32,000 nt of DNA, taken from NCBI RefSeq assembly GCF_001272835.1, contig NZ_CP010546.1, forward strand, positions 90,001 to 122,000, in the 5' to 3' direction. The DNA comes from Mycoplasmoides pneumoniae FH. GTDB taxonomy: Bacteria; Bacillota_I; Bacilli_A; Mycoplasmatales; Mycoplasmoidaceae. Every line of letters starts with the position of its first letter. Within the stretch, counting starts at the first letter, position 1. The notes below the pieces were generated by a model. That model did no database searches. It was not told the origin of the DNA and worked only from the letters and a program-made list of their open reading frames with translations. Both the position numbers and the translations under genes were made by a program. Of this stretch, positions 1-10,538 are shown piece by piece.

Positions 1-961
1 TAAGTGGGTTTACTAACACCACCAAACAGATGCCATACATCCCGATCATCTTTCAGGTCGCTTTTCGCTTTAAGATATCACCAGCACTTGGTTGGTTACC
101 CAACTGCATTTGTTCCTTGGTTTGCTTTTGGGGCATAAACGGATCCATTTGCTTTTCAAACCAAGCAAACACACAGAGAATGCCAAAACCAATCAAGATT
201 AAAGCAGTTAGGATAAAGACCCAGTACTTAGTACCAGCTTGTTGAACAGATTGGAATAAGAACGGTACAAAAGCAACTACAATCCCACTGTTAAAGCCCC
301 AGAGGTTCGCGTTGGATAACACTGACTTACGACGTTGCGTTGAAAGTGAAGCAATTAACGGTTGGGAGTAAGTTACTAAAGTTGTACCACCAATAGCAAT
401 CGTGGAACGGAAAATAATAAACAACGCATAACCAGCAATTGATGAACTGGTACCAATTAAATTTTTATCTAAACCTTGAACTAAATCAATAGTTTGACCA
501 TCTGCTAACATGGTCTTGCCTTCTGCCATAACAGGCCCCAACAATTGACCTTCATGTAATTGCGAAGATAGACTAGAAAGTTTACCCATTACTTCCTTTG
601 AAAGTGGTCGCAATAAAGTTAACTGGTTATTTCCCCCTAATGGATCACCAATAATTAAGAAGGGGAAACAGAGACACATTAGCCCCATCATAATCATGAC
701 CGCATAACGGTAACCAAACTTCAGGACCACTATTCCACACAATACGGATCCGACTGCACGTAGCAGGGTAATACTCCAGTTGGTGGCACTACCAGCAATT
801 GATCCAGCACTGTTAGCAAAGAAGGAATTGACCCAACCATCATAGTTAGGTAAAACCTTAGTATTGCTATCTAAAATACCAGCTGGCTTACCAGCAATTC
901 GGTCAATTACAAATCACTCTACGACAAACAACAAATAACCAAGCAAGACAATTGCCCACAA
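1..961 (-). CDS. MFS transporter (sugar-phosphate UhpT/GlpT-like family), paralog A; C-terminus runs off the window start
   Basis: Track ORF 53..742(-) continues through in-frame TGA at 53-55 to position 1. It extends upstream to the first in-frame start, GTG 961-959. It is homologous along its whole length to the neighbouring paralog, roughly two thirds identical by eye (e.g. KFGYRYAVMIMMGLMCLCFPFLIIG vs KFGYRHAVMIMMGLMCVCFPFLIIG), with a multi-TM hydrophobic profile. The conserved ancestral start GTG 1008 is out of frame (see findings). Confidence 0.75.
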
Positions 962-1110
962 CATGACAAGGCGTAAATCACTCGGCTTTTTTACAGACGT
1001 TTGCACAATCTCAACGACTCCTTAGTTAATTTATTTTTAAATTGTTTCAAGTCGACTTTTGTCTCTTATCTAAAAACAAGCTAGTTTTTTAGGCTTATCT
1101 TTGTTAACAA

Positions 1111-1148
1111 AATAAAAGACCAGAGCCGTTTGGCCCTGGACTTTTATT
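1111..1148 (-). terminator. Rho-independent terminator after MFS paralog B
   Basis: Minus-strand hairpin CCAGgGCC-aaac-GGCtCTGG (about 1121-1139) followed by a T-run, located 25-50 nt past the TAA at 1172-1170. Confidence 0.6.
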
Positions 1149-1169
1149 CCTTTTAGCGGTTTATCTAAG

Positions 1170-2855
1170 TTATTTTAAGAGATCCGCGTAACGGTTTTTA
1201 GCTTTATTCGCAATCACAAACTGTCACTGCGTTATTCTCCACTTCTTTGTCATTTCACTTACACATTCATCACCGTTTTTAATTCAGGATGATGGGAGGT
1301 AAATAATGACCCAGTTAATAACTAGAAGGAGTGATACAAACAAGACAATAGCGGCAATGGCACCTGGCAGAATATTGGCACTTGTATTACCAGTAGCAAT
1401 TCTTGGTGCATCTAAAAAGACAGACGTAATAATGTCAAAGATGCTGTAGAAGACGTAAGCAAAGCCTCACACATAACCAAAGATAATAGAAACTTCGTTG
1501 CGCTTGTATTCCTTGTACTCGTAAGGGAGAATCAAGATCGAGCTACCTAAACTTCAACCAAAACCACCAGCAATAAAGGTAAAGATACCCACAAACGTAA
1601 AGCCAACCACAGTATTTAAACCAAGCGTTGCAGCAAAGATTACTATTAACAACACCAACACGGCGTTGGCCGTAAAGATAAAGTGGAGCCAACGCTTCTT
1701 GTCATAAATTGTTTTGTTAAACGGTGACAGTAAGAAGTAACCCAAGAGGTAACCCATTACCCAGAGAATTAATAAGATTGGACGGGCAGTTGGAATAATT
1801 GCTTTTTTAGCACCTGAAATAGCTAACAAGCTGTTAAACCAGGTTTGGGTTAACGGGTTAATTAAGAGAATTGTACCTACACCAGCTATTGCCAACAGCT
1901 TCCAAGTTGTTTTGCGTTTCAAAATTGATAACGCACTTGGTCTCACACTCAAGCTTTGATTGGTTTTTGATTGCTTTTGGGGCAACATGTGATCGACCTT
2001 CTTTTCAAATCAAGCAAATACTAACAACATCGCAAACACCAATAAGATCATGAACGTTACAACTCAAACCCAGTTAGCAGTCGCAAAGCGGCCAACACCT
2101 GGAATTAAGAAAGGTGCTGCCACAATTACAAGTCCTACGTTAAAACCTCAGAAGTTAGCATTCGATAAAATCGATTTCTTGCGGTTTGAAGAAAGGGAAG
2201 CAATAATTGGTTGCGCATAAGCAATTAAGGTCGTACCACCAATAGCAATCGTAGAACGGAAAATAATGAAAAACGCATAACCAGTCATTGACGCACTGGT
2301 ACCAATTTCGTTGCCGTTAATTCCTTTAATTAAGCTAACAGGAGTGCCGTCAGCCAACATAGTTTGACTACCCACTTGAACAGGACCTAACAGTTGACCT
2401 TGTTGTAAACTGGAAGAAATTTTAGTAAGTTTACTTATTACTTCACTTGAAGCCGGTCGCAACAAGGTCAACTCGTTATGACCACCTAACGGACTACCAA
2501 TAATTAAGAAAGGAAAACAAACACACATGAGTCCCATCATGATCATCACTGCATGACGGTAACCAAACTTCACCACCATTACCCCACATAAGATCGAACC
2601 AACTGCCCTCAATAAGGTAATAGTTCAGTTAGTAGCTTGACCTGGAATAAAACCAGCGTCCGCTACAAAAAAAGAACTGAACCAACCACCGTACTGGGGA
2701 ACAGCACTAGTTTGTTCAGTTAAAAGGGAAGCCGCACTACCTCTAATGAAGTCAATCACAAACCATTCAATCACAAACAACACATAACCAAGTAAGACGA
2801 GACCTCACAGTGTAACGAGCCTCAGGTCGCTTGGTTTTTTTACAGAATTTTGCAC
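1170..2855 (-). CDS. MFS transporter (sugar-phosphate UhpT/GlpT-like family), paralog B, 561 aa
   Basis: Track ORFs 1554..1988(-) and 2148..2612(-) share one frame and are joined by TGA codons. I hand-translated from GTG 2855 to TAA 1172-1170 and found no TAA or TAG. The protein is hydrophobic and multi-pass, with the central loop FAWFEKKVDHMLPQKQSK. Confidence 0.85.
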
Positions 2856-2965
2856 TTCAGTAATAAAAGAAAACGCAAAAATTTTTATAAATTGTTTGCA
2901 ACAGCAAATTCCGGAATTAAGCGAGCTCTTCTAAAAATTCCGTTTCTTTCTTGTTAACAAAAAGC

Positions 2966-2998
2966 GCAATAAAAAAGCAGACCACTGATGGTCTGCTT
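2966..2998 (-). terminator. Rho-independent terminator after tRNA-Ser
   Basis: Perfect 8-bp hairpin GCAGACCA-ctga-TGGTCTGC (2977-2996) followed on the minus strand by TTTTTTATT. Confidence 0.6.
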
Positions 2999-3022
2999 AC
3001 AATTTATATTGAGAAATTTTTA

Positions 3023-3111
3023 TGGCGGAAGCGGTGGGATTCGAACCCACGCACCGTAGAACGATCTAACACCTTAGCAGGGTGTCCTCTTAACCACTTG
3101 AGTACGCTCCC
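3023..3111 (-). tRNA. tRNA-Ser (anticodon GCU), CCA encoded
   Basis: The reverse complement reads GGGAGCG...GTGGGTTCGAATCCCAC-CGCTTCC-G-CCA. The 7-bp acceptor stem has one G-U pair. There is a T-arm with a TTCGAAT loop, an anticodon stem-loop ACACC-CTGCTAA-GGTGT, and a long variable arm typical of class II tRNAs. Confidence 0.9.
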
Positions 3112-3131
3112 AGGAACTGGAATCTAAATTT

Positions 3132-3140
3132 ATTATAAAT
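3132..3140. promoter_or_regulatory. Candidate overlapping divergent -10 boxes (tRNA-Ser leftward, fruA rightward)
   Basis: The 50-nt gap between the tRNA 5' end (3111) and the fruA ATG (3162) contains ATTATAAAT. This gives minus-strand TATAAT at 3137-3132 and plus-strand TATAAA at 3134-3139. Confidence 0.35.
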
Positions 3141-3161
3141 ATTGGATTTTCTGACTTTAGG

Positions 3162-5246
3162 ATGTTCAAGCCATTGTTAAGCGCTGAGCTGTTTTTTAAC
3201 TGAACAGCTAAAGATTTTAAAGATAAAACAAGCTTTTTAAAACAAGCGTGTCGTGTTTTACAGGCCAAAAACTGCATTAAAGAAGAACAAATAGCACTCA
3301 CTGCTTTAAAAGAAAGGGAGGCACAAATCACCACCGGAATTATGTCAAAACTGGCATTGCCCCACATGCAAAGTGCTACCGTGTTAAAACCGTTTGTGGC
3401 GGTGTTTAAGGTCAACAATGTGGACTGGCAATCCTTAGACAACCAACCGGTTAAACTAATCTTTTTAATTGGCGTACCCAAAGATCAAGGCAACCTCCAC
3501 TTGGAATTTATTTCGCAGTTTTCCAAGTTAATGTTGCAGGACGAGTTTGCCAACAAAGTGCCCAACATTCGCAGCTTTAACGGGTTGATTAATTTAATTG
3601 ACAGTTTTCAACAAACTGCAGTTGCAAGTCAACCTGTTGTTAACGAAGCAGCAGCTCAGACTGAAGAGCCAAAGGACACAAACACTCAGTATGACTTTGT
3701 GGCGGTAACGGCGTGTCCCACCGGGATTGCTCACACCTTTATGGCCAAGGAAGCGCTGGAAAAGTTTGCCCGCGATCACAACCTCAAAGTTAAGGTCGAA
3801 ACTCAAGGAACTGATGGGATTCAGAACCAGTTAACCGAGTCTGATTTAAACAATACCAAAGGCATTATTTTGGCCTGTGACCGCTTAATTGATTTAACGC
3901 GTTTTTACGGTCACGCAAATGTGGTGGAAGTGTCCACAACCAAAGCAATTAAAACACCACAAACAGTTTATGACCAAGTGGTAAAGAAGGAAGGCAAACT
4001 ACTCGGTAATAAGTCCAGTGATAGTGCTAGTCAAACGGAACTCAAAGAAACCACTGAACAGCTCTCGTTTAAAGACTTTCACAAACGGATTTACCGCGCC
4101 ATTTTAAGTGGGGTTTCTTACATGCTGCCATTTGTCGTGTTTGGTGGCATCTTAATTGCAATTGCCTTTTTAATTGACATTAATAATGCTGGCAATGCTG
4201 GTAAACAATTTGGCTCTAAAGATCCCATAGCTAACTGGTTTAAAACACTCGGTGGGTTGTCGTTTGGTTTAATTGTTCCCATTTTAAGTGCTTACATTGC
4301 CTTTGCTCTAGTCGGCCGGCAAGGGTTACTGCCCGGCTTTATTGTGGGGTTAATTTCAGCTGGTAAGTTTTTACTCAACATTGACATTGTTACTGGAAAA
4401 ATTGATTGAGCGACTGAATCAAAAGTATCGAGTGGTTTCTTTGGTGCCATTTTTGGAGGCTTGTTGGCAGCAGTGTTAATTATTGTGCAGCAACGTTACA
4501 TCTATAGAAAATTACCGCAAGCATTACAAGGCATTAAGAACATTCTCTTTATTCCGTTACTAGGAACGCTAGTCACAGCAGCCTTGTTCTGAGTCATTAA
4601 CATTCCCCTAATTTACTTGAACTATGGTCTGTCCAAGTTCTTGCAAATTATGGACAAACCATATTTGGCTCCCTTACTTGGTTTAGTGATTGGACTCATG
4701 ATGTGCTTTGACTTGGGTGGACCGGTCAACAAAGCGGCCTATGTGTTTGGGGTAGTTTCGCTAGAGAGCCAAAACAGTGGTACGGTTGCAATGGCTAGTG
4801 CTATCTTATCGGGGATGGTGCCACCATTGGGTATTGCCATTGCTGCGACCATTCGCAAGCAGTGCTTTGACAAGGAAGAATTACCAGCAGCGTATGCTTG
4901 TTATGTGATGGGATTAAGTTTTATTAGTGAAGGGGCGATTCCTTTTGTTGCTAAACGGCCTAAGATTATGTTAGCTGCTAACCTAATTGGTGGTGCTGTG
5001 TGTGGTGTTTTAACGGGAGCATTTGCGCTAACGATTCGTGCCCCTCATGGTGGCGTGTTTGTCTTTGCCTTATTGAAAACTAACTTAGAGGGCATTGCCG
5101 GCAACACACTCCAAATCGGCGCTGGGGTTGGCTTAGCACTTCTAGCGCTAATAGTATCCAGCTTCATTAGTGCTGGCATTATTATTGGTCATAACCTGCT
5201 TGTAGTGCGTAAAAAAACAAAACAACTAGTAAATACCAATGCTTAA
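3162..5246 (+). CDS. fruA: PTS fructose-specific EIIABC component, 694 aa
   Basis: The frame of track ORFs 3342..4409 and 4617..5246 is open back to ATG 3162, with in-frame TGA at 3201, 4407 and 4590. It contains an EIIA-type LALPH motif, the EIIB motif [14 protein letters not shown], and a C-terminal polytopic EIIC domain. Confidence 0.9.
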
Positions 5247-6141
5247 CCACAACAGTAAAGTTTGAATAGTTAACTATGCTTGTGCGATTGACTATTACTT
5301 AGATAAACACAAACAACAACGCGGTGTGTTAACACCCGGTGGTAAGGGAATTAACATGGCGATTGTAATGGCTTTATTTGGCATCAAACCAACCGTGTTA
5401 ACCTTTTTGGGTCAACCTACTAAAGATTTATTCTTGCAGTTGTTAAAACCGTACCAACTGGACTTAGTTAGCTTTCCAGCGACTACCCAAACACGGATTA
5501 ACGTGAAGCTGTTGGATGGTGCCCAAACAACTGAAATTAACGATGTCACCCCGTTAATGGAGGAACAAGCAGTCCATGAAATGATTGCTTACCTTAAGGC
5601 TAACGTTAAGCCCAATGACCTGTTGGTGTTGAACGGCCGTTTTTTACAACGCGATTTAGTTAAGTTGTTAGATGTTGCTTTTAGCTTAACCAAGTATGTT
5701 GTATTAGATGTTGATGAACCTCAACTATTACAACTGTTAAACCAGCGCCAACCCTGGTTAATGAAACCGAACCGTGATGAGTTTGTAGCAATGGTTAATG
5801 CAAATAACAGTAACGTTGACCAACAAGAGTTGGTGCAGTTAATAAAGCAGTTTCAGACTACACAGAACTTATTAATGTCAGACGGCGCGCAGGGTGCTTA
5901 CTTCTTTGATCAACAGCAACTGTTATTTATGGAAGCGATTCCTCCCCAACAGTTAGTTTCCACTACGGGAGCGGGAGATACATTGCTGGGTGTTTTCCTA
6001 GCTAACTTACTGTTAGATAAGGATCCAGTGGGTAGTTTAAAGGTAGCGGTTAACTATGCTAGTGCTACGATTAGCAAGCTCGGTGTGGTCAACAGTAATG
6101 ACCAAATAGTGCTAAAAGCTACTAATTATTACTATTTATAA
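5239..6141 (+). CDS. fruK: 1-phosphofructokinase (PfkB family), 300 aa
   Basis: The frame of track ORF 5326..6141 is open back to ATG 5239 (one TGA at 5263). The ATG overlaps the fruA stop (ATGCTTAA). The PfkB C-terminal motif [10 protein letters not shown] is present. Confidence 0.85.
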
Positions 6142-6148
6142 TTAGTAG

Positions 6149-6310
6149 ATGTCAACTAAAGAACTAGCCAAACAGCCAAAGGTCAATCAAGAGAGGGAAT
6201 CGATTTTGTTACCCGTTTTGCTAGCTGTTTTCAGTATGCTCTTCTTTATGCTACTGTTAGCTTTAGTGTTGTTGTACGCTATTCCAGGTAAAGTTAATAA
6301 CTTGAACTAG
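6149..6310 (+). CDS. Hypothetical 53-aa single-pass membrane peptide
   Basis: ATG 6149 to TAG 6308-6310 encodes MSTKELAKQPKVNQERESILLPVLLAVFSMLFFMLLLALVLLYAIPGKVNNLN: a charged N-terminus plus one strong hydrophobic helix. It lies 7 nt after the fruK stop and 67 nt before the ABC permease start. It is below the track length cutoff and I recognise no homology. Confidence 0.35.
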   Translation: MSTKELAKQPKVNQERESILLPVLLAVFSMLFFMLLLALVLLYAIPGKVNNLN

Positions 6311-6377
6311 CCACAGGTTTAACTGTGTTCAATTGGGAAGCCAAACTTAATCTCGCACTTTTAATGAACTAGTTTTT

Positions 6378-9300
6378 GTGCGCAACTTAATTAAAAACGT
6401 TTTTCGCTCTTTTCGCACCGCTAAGATTGCCTTAATTGCGCTTACCTTTTTAATCTTTGTCGCGGTTGGTAGTTTCGTGTTATTAAACAATACCGTTAAT
6501 AACTTTAACGCTTCCTTTCAACACGTTACCGAACAAGGACAATTGTCTAACGCCATTATTAACGAGCGCTATGACTTTGGTAAACTCGAGTTCCAAAAAA
6601 CGAGTAATGATGCTACTAGTTCTGCCCAACCTAGTGTTAGTACTCGAAGTACTTTAACTGCCCAAAAAGCAAATGGCGCTAATTCCAGTTTTACTCTGAC
6701 CTTAACACCTGACTCACGGACTTCATTTATTAACAACGCACTGCAACTAAAACCGGATGTTTATAACAGTTTAGTTACCGTTACTTTTAGTTATGGCAGT
6801 GAATCTGATCAAACCAAGAAAACCCAAATAGAAGAACAGTCCAAGTTAATTGCCGCAAACAATTTAAGCCGGGCATTACAAACCGATAAGGAGTTATTAG
6901 TTACGGGACAGTTAGAACAGTTAAAGGCTACCTTTCGCACTTATAAGGCAATTAACATTACTGATCAAGGAGTGTTCAAGAAGCTCATAGCCTCTGAACC
7001 GACCGATCAAGTTAACCGTCTCGTTCTGTTTGACGGACATCAACTAGCACGTTCCCGCCAAGTCGAATTTAACGAGCTGGTTAGTCAGTTTACCCAGGTG
7101 CAAGCTAAGGGTAAAGATCAGTTATCCACTACTCTAAAGAATGGTAATTACGAACAACTTTTGCAAGCGATCGCTAACAACTTTGGTAGTAGTGAAACTG
7201 AGTTACTTAAAGAAATTCAAGATGCTTTAAAGCAAACGAATAGTTCCACCACCCTTGCCCAAACCCAAAGTAGTCAACAATTTAGTAAGTTAAAAAACCT
7301 GTTTGATTCTGGTAGTACCTTTACTAACATTGCCGGCAAACTCACGTTGCAGTGGATGGAAGGTACAAACAAAAAGCAACTGGTAATCTTTGACCCGAGT
7401 AGCTATGAAACGGTAGTAGCACCGGGTAACTGGAGTTACGAACAGCAACAGGGCAAAGCGGTGTATCAGGACATTAACCACTGAAACCGGATTAAGCGTT
7501 TACCCTTCAATGAGTTTGAACGCGAATTCCAAAAGATTGATAAACGGTACAAAATGTTGGTCGACAAAATTGAGTACCTCATCTTGGGAGTGGGAATTAC
7601 ACCAGACTTTGTCTACCCCGTCTTTAGTGAATCACTGTTAATTCCCAATACGGCTAACGAGCAGTTGTATTATGTCAACCAAACTGGTTATGAACGTACC
7701 GCTAGCTCCTTTTTAACTAATCCCACCGAAACTGGCATAGTAGCACGGTTACCTAACCTCAACCATGACCTTGATGTAATTAACCAGTGGGCTGTTAAAA
7801 ACATGTCCTGACCCCCGAACCTCAAGGCCGCTTACAGTAATACCGATACCACTAACATCCTTAACCTGTTAGCAGCGCGAACCGTTTTTATTCCTAACCT
7901 CATTAACACGATTAGCTTAGTCTCTTCCTTCTTAACAATTGCCATCTTACTAGTGGCCATCTTTGTCACCATTTTAATCTTGGTTAGTTACCTCAAAAAG
8001 AACACGGAACAAATCGGCATCTTAAAGGCTAATGGGGTGAGTGGCCGGAAGATTAACTTAAGCCTGTTAATCTTTAGTTTAATCCCGGGGATAGTGGGGT
8101 CCTTTATTGGTTATACGTTAGGTATTAGTATGCAAAACGTGGCCATTAACCTCTTTAGTAACTACTGGTTTATCCCCACGCAAACTTCGAGTTTCTCGGT
8201 GTTAGGGTTACTCTTCTTTGCCTTATTAGTGGTTCTTATGATGAGTGGGATTAGTCTGTTTGTGGGGTGACTGATCTTAAGGCAGGATGTAGTCAAGATT
8301 CTTAAACACGACAGTGAGTTTAAGGTATCGCACTTAGGGTTGTGAGCTAAATGACTGTTTGCTAAGTTTGGTATTATGACCAGATTTCGTGTCGCTTTAG
8401 CCTTTAATGCGCCGTGGAAACTGGTCTTTTTAACCTTAATGAGTGCACTAACGATGATGATCCTAAACCTTAGTTTTGCCACTAAGGATGCCTTTCAGGT
8501 AGCACAAACAAAGACTACTTTAACCCAATCGAACCACCAGTACGAGTTTGAACTAGCATCGCCAACGGAGCAGAGTGGCTTGCTCAAGTGACAGCTGTTT
8601 GCCGAATTGGGCGCTACGGATGATCGTACTACCGATGCCGTTAAATTAGCAAACCGAAGGATGGAAATTCAAAGCGTTGACGAATCCAAAAAGTGAAAAA
8701 ACCAACAGGTAATTAACTTTGTTACTGATGCCACCGGTTTTAGTAATGACATTAACTATTTAGAAAACATTGTTCAGTCCAAAATTGGCTTGGACTATTC
8801 ACTGGGTTTTGGTAACGTTTCTTCCAATCCGTGGAAGCTGAGTGAAACATTAATGCCCGCCAATCAAGCATCCGCTTCCAACACGGCTTTCCAAAACTTT
8901 TTAAAGGCGATTATTGTAATTGACCCTAACGAGGGCGGTAAGTACATTAAACAAACTAAGGATGAAGTTACTGTGCGTTTTTTATACGAAATAGACAGTA
9001 GTAAAGCTTTAAAAAACGGCAACACCAAATCAGTTAATAAAATACAAAAAAGTACCGCAGCACCCCAAGCCCAACAAGGACAAAGTAACCAGTTAATGCT
9101 TGACAATGATTTTGCTAAATTCTTGTACAAGCAGTTTAACCTAATCAAGGAAGGGGGCAAAGCAGATCCGGTTGATCTCAATAACTTTGACTTTGCTAAT
9201 CAGAATCAGATTAAGCGTTTTTACAGTAAATACAACGCCTTACCACCGGTAGATTACAAGCTGGCCTTTAACGTGATCGGTCTCCCTAAAGAAACAATTG

Positions 9301-10538
9301 CCAACCAAAAGGATGCGCCCCTGTTTGGCTTTTTAACCTTGCAAGCGCAACTGGGCAATGACGCGATTAAGATTAAGGGGATTAAAGACTGAAAGCTGGA
9401 TAACACCAACTTGGGTCCTGTGTTGCGTACCAATGAGGACGAGATTATTAACCAGCGCTTGTTTAGTAAACCCAACGGTATTATTATCAACAGTTCAGCT
9501 GCTAAAAAGTACCGCTTAAAGGAAGGTAGTCAGCTCCATGTCAAAATTCACAACGGTTACAAACGAGTGAATGCTAAGTTAGTTAACCAAGATCCCACTT
9601 TAACTGCCACCTTTAACATTGTTGGCATTAACAATTCGGTGCACGAACCGGAGTTTTACACGAGTTACAAAACGGCAGCAACACTATTGCAATACCCCAA
9701 TGAATGGATCGAAAAGCAGTTACCCTTTAACAGCTTTTATGCCAATTCGATCTTGCCCTTTACCCAGTCTACTTCCCTCTTTTCCGAATCTGGCTTATTC
9801 CCTGGTACCAGTAGCTTTGCCGCTAACAACACGGTGCTTACTGAAGTAATTAAGAAAACGATTGAAGGTGGTAAAACTAACAGTAAAACTGATGTGCAAA
9901 AGCGCGCTGCTCAAGCTACTGCTAACGGTAAGGATAACAGTAGTCAAAACAACAAGATGAATTATGAGCGCTTACAAAAGGCACTGGGCATTACCAGTGA
10001 TTTAGATAGCTCTAAAGCCGGTGAATACGCCACCATCTTAGAGCGGGTGTATGATGGTTTGCCATACAACTCCACTATTAGCTTTATTAGTAATGTGCAG
10101 GCCAACGATGCCTTGTTTGCTAACATTGCTAACACCACCCAGCAAATCCAAACAGCGGCCATTGGCATTATTATTCCGATTATTATGCTAATTGTGTTGT
10201 TAGTATCAACTACCCTAATTCAGGAATTGAAGAAGATTGCGATTCGTTTAAAAGCATTGGGCTATTCCAACCCGAAGATCTTGCTGTCCTTCTTGTCGAT
10301 TTACCTCCCGTTATTTATCTTTGGTTTGTTAATTTCGACCCCAATTTCGATTTATCTAATTGCACTCCACAATCAAGTTATTTTCTCCAGTGCTGCCATC
10401 TTACTGGAAGCCACATTAAACTTCCCCACGGTCATTCTGTCGATGTTAGTGTTAAGTGGGGTGTTATCAATTACCTTTGTGTTGAATTGGTTGGAGTTGA
10501 ACAAAATCAAAATTGCCAAGGAGATTAAGAATAGCTAA
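6378..10538 (+). CDS. ABC transporter permease, FtsX/MacB-type with two FtsX modules, 1386 aa
   Basis: Six track ORFs (6378, 7554, 7953, 8376, 8790, 9411) all sit in the same frame (start mod 3 = 0), and each ends on TGA. GTG 6378 is the only start after the in-frame TAA at 6348. There is an N-terminal TM segment ([20 protein letters not shown]) and two FtsX-like signatures ([19 protein letters not shown]; [17 protein letters not shown]), each followed by TM helices. Confidence 0.85.

Noticed and set aside
30-2053. Plus-strand ORFs 30..245 and 1871..2053
   Set aside because: They run antisense to the two MFS transporter genes, and nothing supports them.
3074-3481. Track ORF (135 aa, minus strand)
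   Set aside because: It overlaps the tRNA-Ser gene and runs antisense to the well-supported 5' end of fruA. It has no recognisable motif and is a shadow ORF.
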